Positions 1 through 7,629 of a DNA stretch of 15,492 nucleotides are shown in pieces. Both the position numbers and the translations under genes were made by a program. The notes beneath the pieces are model-generated. The model was not told where the DNA came from. It saw only the letters and a program-made list of their open reading frames with translations, and made no database searches. The stretch is from an uncultured bacterium (GTDB taxonomy: Bacteria; Hydrogenedentota; Hydrogenedentia; Hydrogenedentales; JAEUWI01), in the NCBI GenBank assembly GCA_963977445.1, contig CAXBPH010000164.1, positions 1 through 15,492 on the forward strand. Direction: 5' to 3'. The first letter of the stretch is position 1. The number at the start of each line of letters is the position of its first letter.

Positions 1-439
<439 letters not shown>

Positions 440-441
440 TC

Positions 442-861
442 GTGGCAACGGCAACCCTCAGTCTGGAACTTTGCGCTCCGGAGAAGCCCCACACCGAGCT
501 GGACGTGACCGACGTAACTATCCCCGGCACGGCCGGCGTCTTTGCGGTTCATCCCGATCACACCCCCCTGCTCTCGACACTCATACCCGGTGTGCTTATC
601 GCCAATACGGTGGATGGCCAGGAACGCCACTTTGCCGTCCACGGGGGATTCGCCGAGATAAAACAGAATAAGGTCATTATTCTGGCAACCTTCTATGAAC
701 CCGGCGACGATATTGATGCCACCCGTGCACAAACGGCCGAAGAACGAGCCCTGGCACGCCTTCAGAAGCCACCAGAAGATATGGACTGGGATCGGGCCGA
801 ACACGCCTTGGCCCGGGCGGTGGCACGTCTCCGCGCCAGCAAAAAACAGAGCTACGTTTAA
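442..861 (+). CDS. atpC: F1Fo ATP synthase subunit epsilon
   Basis: Directly follows atpD (GTG start). Contains the IPGTAGVFAVHPDHTPLLSTL and FAVHGGFAEI epsilon motifs and a C-terminal helical hairpin (IDATRAQTAEERA...RAEHALARAVARL). 139 aa. Confidence 0.96.
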   Translation: MATATLSLELCAPEKPHTELDVTDVTIPGTAGVFAVHPDHTPLLSTLIPGVLIANTVDGQERHFAVHGGFAEIKQNKVIILATFYEPGDDIDATRAQTAEERALARLQKPPEDMDWDRAEHALARAVARLRASKKQSYV

Positions 862-1020
862 TTTACGTTGCCGGATTGACCTGAATTTGGGGTCAGCACA
901 GGCCGAAGACGCGCTGTAGCGGGTGTCCATATAATCCTTTAAATGGGGCGCGGGTACCAATATCCTGGCGTGCCGACCGAGTTTCTCCTGGACGGCATAT
1001 CCGAGTAAGGAGAAAGCTAC

Positions 1021-2556
1021 GTGGCAACCATCCCGGAACCGCAGCGGTACGATCAAACGGGTCTTTCCAAAAACCGGGGATTGATGCACGAGTTGTGGCT
1101 CCCCATGCTCCTCTTCGCCAGCGCGGGCGCGGTCACGTGGGCCATTCGGGGCACCACAGGCTGGGGGGGCATCGACGGCACCATCGTTCCCGGCCTGACT
1201 TGGGGCGTCCTCTGGTATTACCTGTGCTGGCTAAAGGGTATTGATTCGCGTGGCATCGTCTTCTGGCTGGGTATGGGCCTCTCCCTGGGCGGCGAATTGG
1301 GCTATGGCATCTATGTCTCCTGGATACAGGGCAACTTTCATCTCGGTGACCAGGTTATGCCTGTTTCCCCATGGTTCGGCTACCTCTGGTTCGCAATATG
1401 CGGTATCGGGTGGGCGGCACCGGGTGCAATTTTTCTCGGATGGGCCCTGTCGGCCCCGGCAACCAAGCCCACATGGGCCCTGCGCACCCTCCTGGTCGCC
1501 CTCCTGATTATGATTGTCCTCAACCGGGGAGCCTCACTGCTTGGTGTAGGCGTGGTCGAATGGGTCGGGACCTGGATTGCCGCACATCACCCCGGACTCC
1601 TCTATCCCAATGCCTACCTCGGTATCTATGACGGCGCACTGCGCGACCCGCAGTTGCGCATCATCTACACCAACACCCAGAATTTTCTGGTGCTGCTCTG
1701 GTGGCTCACTGCCACCCTTGTCGCCGTGATGCAGCGGGACCGCATGACCCGGATAGCGTCATTGGTCATTGGCGGCGGTTTCGGTATCGGCTTTCCCATT
1801 TCGGCCTTGTGGTGCCTGGGCTACAGCCACGCGCCCGACGCTGTGGACTGGTGGAAGGTGTGGGAACTCCACTCCGGTTTCAACCTCGGTATCGGGTACG
1901 CCATCTACTACTATTGGTACCTCCGGAAACGGAAAAACCCACCCACCGATCCCCCCCGGACCATGGCTTCATTCTTCACCGTGCAACAGTCGGGCGTGCT
2001 TTTGGCCCTGGCCGGGTTCGTGCTCATCTTCGTATCCGGCTACGAATATTTCTTCTGGACCGGACTCGCTGTCGCTGTGTTCTTCGTCCTCACCCTCCTC
2101 TATGCCACCTTCGCATCCGGTACGGACGACGCCAAAACAATCGCGCACCGCCAACGGGACGGGCTGCTGATCTTCAGTGTCTTTTTCCTCCTCTTCATGC
2201 TCTGCCACGGGGTGACCTCCCGTGCAGGGGTGGTGCTGGGCATCTATGGAGACAACGAAATTGGACAATACCGCTGGCCTATGGGTCGAATTGCCCTCTT
2301 TGTCCCCCTGGCCCTCGCACTCGTCGCGGGCACGCTGGTCGCACTGGCCCGCTCTTTTCGCGTCTCCCCCGATACCTGCGCTCCTGGTGCGCCATCGACA
2401 AGCCCCTGGCCACTGCGTATGTTTGACCTCCTTACCTTTATCGGTGTCGTGGGTGCTGCCTCCATCTGGCCCGCAAAAATCGGTGTGCTCTATGCCCTCT
2501 TCACGGGACTGGCCATCTTTGCCCTCGCACGCATCAATCGTCACTTCGGCGTCTGA
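1021..2556 (+). CDS. Uncharacterised polytopic integral membrane protein (511 aa, roughly a dozen or more TM segments by eye)
   Basis: Long ORF with many Gly/Trp/Phe-rich hydrophobic segments; AAGGAG RBS at 1007-1012, 8 nt before GTG 1021 (alternative ATG at 1084). No transporter family motif recognised. Confidence 0.8.
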   Translation: MATIPEPQRYDQTGLSKNRGLMHELWLPMLLFASAGAVTWAIRGTTGWGGIDGTIVPGLTWGVLWYYLCWLKGIDSRGIVFWLGMGLSLGGELGYGIYVSWIQGNFHLGDQVMPVSPWFGYLWFAICGIGWAAPGAIFLGWALSAPATKPTWALRTLLVALLIMIVLNRGASLLGVGVVEWVGTWIAAHHPGLLYPNAYLGIYDGALRDPQLRIIYTNTQNFLVLLWWLTATLVAVMQRDRMTRIASLVIGGGFGIGFPISALWCLGYSHAPDAVDWWKVWELHSGFNLGIGYAIYYYWYLRKRKNPPTDPPRTMASFFTVQQSGVLLALAGFVLIFVSGYEYFFWTGLAVAVFFVLTLLYATFASGTDDAKTIAHRQRDGLLIFSVFFLLFMLCHGVTSRAGVVLGIYGDNEIGQYRWPMGRIALFVPLALALVAGTLVALARSFRVSPDTCAPGAPSTSPWPLRMFDLLTFIGVVGAASIWPAKIGVLYALFTGLAIFALARINRHFGV

Positions 2557-2759
2557 TGGGATATCCCACCGGTTTATGATTGGGCAAACACGCCCGGTGC
2601 CCGAAAGCTCAGGTTAAACCGACCGTACCGGCTCGACACCACCTTCCTCCCCACGCACGAACCGGAGTACCGGATCGCGCGGCACGTTCGTTCCGACGAA
2701 GACCACCGGTTTAAAAATTCGACAGGGGTGTCCCGTTTTGAGGCCTGACGATACCCCCA

Positions 2760-2768
2760 TGTTATGAT
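2760..2768 (+). promoter_or_regulatory. Possible extended -10 promoter element (TGtTATGAT) for the oxidoreductase gene
   Basis: TG-n-TATGAT 26 nt upstream of ATG 2795, with a GGAG RBS at 2784-2787. Confidence 0.4.
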
Positions 2769-2794
2769 TGCGAATAGCCCTACGGAGATACTTC

Positions 2795-4912
2795 ATGCGA
2801 CGTCCCCTATACCGTTCCTGCCAGTTTCTTGCTCTTTCCTTGCTCGTACTTGTTTTTTCCCAGACCACTTCAGCGGCACCGATTGACGCTGACGTTTGCG
2901 TCTACGGCGGCACCTCGGGGGGCGTCATCGCCGCCGTGCAGGCCGCACGCATGGGAAAACGTGTGGTCCTCGTCGAACCGGGGGGCCATCTCGGTGGCAT
3001 GACCTCAGGAGGCCTCAGCGCAGTCGATATCGGCGATCCCCGCAGTGTGGGTGGCCTGACCCGGGAATATTTCACGCGCCTCGTCGCGGGCTATGGCAAA
3101 GAACTGGATTGGGACCGAAAAATGGGCCACGGCACGGGCGGTGCCTATTCCATTGAACCCCATGTGGCGGAAAACATCTTTGATGACATGGTCGCGGAAG
3201 CCGGCGTCAAGGTGCTCCGCAATGCGCCGCTGGCCTCGCTGGAACAGACAGGCAACCGAATATCCGAGCTACACACACAAGATGGCCGCACCATCCGTGC
3301 ACGGGTATTCATCGATGGGACCTACGAAGGCGACCTGATGGCCGCAGCGGCGGTTCCCTATACGGTGACCCGCGAGGGGAATGCGGCCTACGGCGAGCAG
3401 TACAACGGCATCTACTACACAGACGCCTATCGGCCCCGCCTCCTCCACAAGCAACCCGGCGAGAATGGCCGCGTTACCGGAGGCCAGGGCGTGTGGGACC
3501 GGGACTTTCCCCTGGACCCCTATATCGTCAAGGGCGACCCCACCAGTGGATTGCTCCCCCTCATCAACGACGGAGAACCGGGTGTACCGGGAGAGGCGGT
3601 GCCCGGCATTCAAGCCTATTGCTTCCGGCTCTGTCTCACCACGGCAGCAGACCGCCTCCCCATCGCTCCCCCCGAGGACTATGACCCAGCGCGCTATGAA
3701 TTGGTAGCCCGTTTCATCGAAGCCTGCCTCGAAAACGGAGACGACATGGACCTACGGTGGTTCAGCAAACACGACGCTCTGCCCAATGATAAGTGGGACT
3801 TCAACACCGCCACCTTCGGCGGGAACCTGCCCGGTTTGAGTTGGGCCTGGCCCGAAGCGAGCTATGATGAACGACGGGTCCTCGCAAAAACTCTGGAAGA
3901 CTACCATCGCGGTCTCTTTCATTTCCTTCGAACGGATCCACGGGTCCCGGTAAAGGTGAAAAAAGACGTACTTCGTTTTGGGCTGCCCCGCGATGAATTC
4001 AAGGACACGGGCGGCTGGCCCCACCAGGTTTACATTCGCGAAGGTCGGCGCATGGTCGGTGAGCTCGTCATGACGGAGCACCACACCTTTGGCCGTGAGA
4101 TTGCCCCCCGCGCCATGGGGCTCGGCTCCTATGGCACCGACACCCACTAAATACGTCGCATCGTGAAAGACGGCGTGGTGACCCGCGAAGGCAAGACGGC
4201 CGGTGGACGGGGCGGAGCAGGCCCCTACCCCATTGGCTACGGAGCCCTCGTTCCGAAGAAGGAAGATTGCGACAACCTCTTCGTGACCTTCGCCCTCTCT
4301 GCCAGCCACACCGCCTTCAGCAGCCTCCGCATGGAGCCCGTGTTTATGGTGACCAGCCAATCGGCCGCAACCGCCGCGTGTATGGCTATCGATAGTGACA
4401 TCCCTGTGCAAGAGGTGGCCTATGGCGCCTTGCGCGAACGACTCCTCGCCGATGGCCAAATCCTCGAATGGCCGCCCGGGCCCGAGCTGCTCGGTATCGT
4501 GCTCGATGACACCGAAGCCCAATACACGGGGAAATGGCTCACAAGCAATGCCGCCTCCAGCAACATCGGTGGGAGCTATCGCCATGATGGCGGTCGAGAT
4601 CGGGGCCAGAAAACGGCCACATTCACGATGGATATCCCGGCGGATGGCGACTATGGGGTCCGCTTTTACTACACACCCCACGCCAATCGTTCTACAAAAA
4701 CGGCCGTCACCATTCACCACGCCGACGGCGATACCACCGTCCTGGTGAATCAGCGAGAACCGGCACGTGTCGATGGCGTAGCCCCAACCTTGGGCCAATT
4801 CCGATTCGCCACCGACCAGAAAGCCTTGGTGACGATTACCAACGAAGGGGCCGACGGGTATGTCGTCGTCGATGGTATCCAGCTACTCGAAGCCAGCACA
4901 TCGAGTCGTTAG
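2795..4912 (+). pseudogene. Secreted FAD-dependent oxidoreductase (FAD_oxidored type, often annotated 'xanthan lyase') with a C-terminal golvesin/Xly CBM-like domain; interrupted by an in-frame TAA at 4148-4150
   Basis: ORFs 2768..4150 and 4163..4912 share a frame. N-terminal signal peptide (MRRPLYR...TTSA); Rossmann motif DVCVYGGTSGGVIAAVQAARMGK; HLGGMTSGGL; FIDGTYEGDLMAAA; YIREGRRMVG; after the stop, PYPIGYGALVPKKEDCDNLFV...SASHTAFSSLRMEPVFM; C-terminal VLDDTEAQYTGKW...ITNEGADGYVVVDGIQL. Could be a real nonsense allele or a sequencing error. Confidence 0.85.
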
Positions 4913-4969
4913 CACCCCGTAATCCTGGCCGAGATCCCCAATCCACCCCGCTCCCCCATCGGACCCTGC

Positions 4970-4998
4970 TTGATCGATGTCGATTAACGGGGTATGAT
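4970..4998 (+). promoter_or_regulatory. sigma70-type promoter TTGATC-N17-TATGAT with overlapping inverted repeats
   Basis: -35 TTGATC at 4970-4975, 17-bp spacer, -10 TATGAT at 4993-4998. Dyad TTGATCGA-tg-TCGATTAA (4970-4987, 7/8 match) and GGTAT-gatca-ATACC (4991-5005). Confidence 0.65.
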
Positions 4999-5005
4999 CA
5001 ATACC

Positions 5006-5449
5006 ATGTCTGGATTCCACACCTACAGAAATGGCCCCGTGCGGGCTGTTTGCCTGCTGCTGATTACCTTGGCGATTCTTTCGGGAAGCGTGCGGGGAAT
5101 TGCGCTGGATTTCTGTTTTTGTGCCGAAAACGACGAAGCTTCTACTACTGCGGACCCCTGCTGCCCCCAAGTTCACAGCGATGGGGAAGCTCTGGACCAA
5201 AACGGCCCTGGCCTCCTGCGCGCCGACAGCCAAGATGCTATTCCCTGTATAGAACTGCGCCTTGCCAGTGATTCAGGATGGGCACGGCTCGCCCTGTCCG
5301 GCTCTCTCGGATACAAGCATCTGGAGGCCGCTGCCTTCATCGCTTCTATTCATCAGGAAGACGTACTGCCCCCAAAATTCCCCTGCCCATCCAACACGGC
5401 AGCAACCCCCTACCCGAATATCCTTTCTGACGTCCGTCTTCAGGTCTGA
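5006..5449 (+). CDS. Small Cys-rich protein with an N-terminal hydrophobic/signal segment, upstream of the metal efflux genes (CzcI-like position)
   Basis: 147 aa from ATG 5006 (in-frame ATG 4994 lies inside the -10 box). Hydrophobic stretch AVCLLLITLAILSGSV; CxC (FCFC), CC and further Cys; Pro-rich C-terminal part ending ILSDVRLQV. Confidence 0.65.
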   Translation: MSGFHTYRNGPVRAVCLLLITLAILSGSVRGIALDFCFCAENDEASTTADPCCPQVHSDGEALDQNGPGLLRADSQDAIPCIELRLASDSGWARLALSGSLGYKHLEAAAFIASIHQEDVLPPKFPCPSNTAATPYPNILSDVRLQV

Positions 5450-5572
5450 TCCGCCACGGATCCCCACCCCCGAACGCCTTCTGAAGCCCAAGAGCGATCT
5501 TCGATCCAACACGGTTTCTACGGGCACATCACCTCCCATCCTACTATCCACGACTTTTCAGGAGTTTCGCAT

Positions 5573-7447
5573 ATGCGATCCGCTTCCCATTGGTATGGAC
5601 TCAGCGCCATTACCGCGACCATTGTAATTCTGACGACGTTCTCGTCCTGCTCACCAACGCCCCCCAATGTGGCTACCCCACCCGCCGCCGCAGTCGAGCG
5701 GGACCCAAATCGCCTCTGGTGTAATGAACACGGCCTTTACGAAGATGAATGTCTGATTTGCCATCCCGAACTCGCCAACAAGGTCGAAGACCATGACGGA
5801 CACGATCATGACCACGCTTCCGAAGTAAAAGAGCGGGACCCAAATCGACTCTGGTGCAATGAACACGGCCTTTACGAAGATGAATGCCTGATTTGCCATC
5901 CCGAACTCGCCAGTAAGGTCGAAGACCATACCGGCCACGACCACGCTTCGGAAGAGAAAGAGCGTGACCCGAACCGGCTCTGGTGCAATGAACACGGCCT
6001 ATACGAAGATGAGTGCCTGATTTGCCATCCCGAACTCGCCAATAAGGTGGAAGACCATGACGGGCACGACCATGCCGAAGTAACCGAAAAACGTGACCCC
6101 AATCGCCTGTGGTGTAACGAGCATTCCGTCTATGAAGACGAGTGCCTGATATGTCACCCCGAGCTGGAAAAAAAGTCGGAAGCCAACGCGGAGCGGGACC
6201 CAAACCGCCTCTGGTGCAATGAGCATTCCATCTATGAGGATGAGTGCCTGCTTTGTCACCCGGAACTGGCGAAAAAGCCGGTTGCCATGGTCGGTGGACT
6301 TCAGTGTCTGGAACACGATGTACTTGAACGAGAGTGTGGCATTTGCCATCCCGAACTGCTCGCCCAAATGGTTCCCGGACAGGGCCTGAAGGTACGTTTC
6401 GAATCCCTCGCGTCGGCGGAGAAGGCCGGGGTGCAGACGGGCTTTCCGGTCTATGCCGACCGTGCCGCTGAGGGCAACGTACTCGGCGAAATGACCTATA
6501 ACATGAATGAACTGGCGTACATCACGCCCGCGCTGGACGGCGTCATAAAGCGGGTTCTCGTGGATGCGGGCGACGTGGTGGAGGCCGGTCAACTGCTGGC
6601 CGAAATCGCCGCACCCGGCCTCGCCAGCGAGCGCAGTGCCTATGCCAAGGCCGTCGCAAACAGGACACTCCACCGTGAAGCCGTCGCACGGGAACAGAAA
6701 CTCGTGGCGGAGAAAATTTCCGCCCGGCAAGACCTTGAGCAAGCCCAGGCCCGCCTCGCCGAAGCCGAAGCCGAAATCGACATGGCCATACAGCGCCTCC
6801 ACGATATGGGGCTCTCAGCAGAGGAAATTACGACCAAGACGGACACTGCGACATCGGCATTCCCGGTACGCGCGCCCTTTGCAGGCACGATCACCGAACG
6901 AAATGCGGTCGCGGGCGCAGCGGTAAGCACCGGCACCTCCCTCTTTCAAGTGGCGAATCTTTCTTCCATGTGGATGGATGTCTCCGTACCGGAGGCGCAG
7001 GTCCTGCTACTCGAAAAAGGCATGCCCATACAGGCCCAACTCGATGCCGCTCCTGGTCTCCTCTTTCCAGGAAAACTGACGTGGCTCTCCACCAGTGTGG
7101 ACGAAACGACCCGCATGGTCCGAGGCCGCGCGGAAATCCCCAATCCCGATGGACTGTTACGCAATGCCATGTTTGGCAGCATCTCCTTCACCAACACCAA
7201 CACGACGCCGACACTGGCACTCCCAGAGACAGCCATTCAGTATGTAGATGGCCTGCCTATCGTGTTTGCAAAATTGGAGCCCGGCCTCTTTGAAACCCGC
7301 CTGATACGGGCCGGTGCGGCCGTCGGTACTATGACACCCATCCTGGAGGGCCTGTCCGAAAACGATGAAATCGTTCTGGGACAGAGCTATGTTCTGAAGT
7401 CTGAACTCCTGAAGGCCCGACTCGGCGCGGGCTGCGTACACGACTAG
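5573..7447 (+). CDS. Heavy-metal RND efflux periplasmic adaptor (CzcB/CusB-like membrane fusion protein), predicted lipoprotein, with an N-terminal Cys/His repeat array
   Basis: AGGAG RBS at 5560-5564; lipobox FSS-C26; MFP core with lipoyl halves ITPALDGVIKRVLVDAGDVVEAGQLLAEI and VRAPFAGTITERNAVAGAAV, alpha-helical hairpin, beta-barrel VDETTRMVRGRAEIPNPDGLLR, and GLSENDEIV; upstream of a CzcA-type pump. Confidence 0.93.
   Translation: MRSASHWYGLSAITATIVILTTFSSCSPTPPNVATPPAAAVERDPNRLWCNEHGLYEDECLICHPELANKVEDHDGHDHDHASEVKERDPNRLWCNEHGLYEDECLICHPELASKVEDHTGHDHASEEKERDPNRLWCNEHGLYEDECLICHPELANKVEDHDGHDHAEVTEKRDPNRLWCNEHSVYEDECLICHPELEKKSEANAERDPNRLWCNEHSIYEDECLLCHPELAKKPVAMVGGLQCLEHDVLERECGICHPELLAQMVPGQGLKVRFESLASAEKAGVQTGFPVYADRAAEGNVLGEMTYNMNELAYITPALDGVIKRVLVDAGDVVEAGQLLAEIAAPGLASERSAYAKAVANRTLHREAVAREQKLVAEKISARQDLEQAQARLAEAEAEIDMAIQRLHDMGLSAEEITTKTDTATSAFPVRAPFAGTITERNAVAGAAVSTGTSLFQVANLSSMWMDVSVPEAQVLLLEKGMPIQAQLDAAPGLLFPGKLTWLSTSVDETTRMVRGRAEIPNPDGLLRNAMFGSISFTNTNTTPTLALPETAIQYVDGLPIVFAKLEPGLFETRLIRAGAAVGTMTPILEGLSENDEIVLGQSYVLKSELLKARLGAGCVHD
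5696..6358 (+). repeat. In-frame tandem repeat: 5 near-identical (E/K)RDPNRLWCNEHxxYEDECLxCHPEL units plus 1 divergent CLEHDVLERECGICHPEL unit
   Basis: Unit starts at about 5696, 5831, 5960, 6089 and 6191 (periods 135, 129, 129, 102 bp); divergent sixth unit at 6305-6358. His-rich linkers DHDGHDHDH / DHTGHDH / DHDGHDH follow units 1-3. Confidence 0.97.
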
Positions 7448-7629
7448 CAGCCCCTTTCAATAGACGCGCGAAGGCGAGAATGAATATTCTTGGCCGCATT
7501 CAAGGCGCGCTACCGCCGGAAATACCGGTATTCTCAAGGGTTCGCAACGCGGGGCTCGGTCGAGAAGACCATTCCCAGCCCCCTTTGCGTTTTGCAACGG
7601 GCTCCCCACAGCCCGCTGAGGAAAATCAT

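Noticed and set aside
928..1010. Purine riboswitch (CATATAATC...AGTTTCT...CCGA resemblance)
   Set aside because: Spacing is too long, the kissing-loop sequences (ATATGG / CCGTAAA) and TTTCTAC core are missing, and no P1 closes.
2581..2620. c-di-GMP-I riboswitch (GGGCAAAC...GAAA)
   Set aside because: Lacks the GNRA-capped P2 geometry and the GACGCAAAGC junction.
4148..4150. Stop-codon recoding (Sec, Pyl or alternative genetic code) in the oxidoreductase
   Set aside because: The codon is TAA, not TGA or TAG, and TAA terminates atpD, atpC, czcA and the M6 gene normally in this window.
3752..4798. 348-aa minus-strand ORF and other long antisense or overlapping ORFs (382-1089, 5999-6802, 7849-8643, 1701-2426)
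   Set aside because: They are shadows of well-supported genes in GC-rich DNA, with no recognisable motifs.
5696..6358. CRISPR array
   Set aside because: Repeats are about 75 bp, in frame, vary mainly at synonymous sites, have related linkers, and no cas genes are present; this is a protein repeat.
7480..7629. 50-aa N-terminal extension of CzcA from ATG 7480
   Set aside because: Family-like sequence begins at MLNYLVAFALQNR (7630), which has a GAGG RBS; the extension does not look like an RND N-terminus.
7448..7629. NiCo (czcD) riboswitch
   Set aside because: I could not find its four-way junction or conserved junction nucleotides; kept only as a generic structured spacer.
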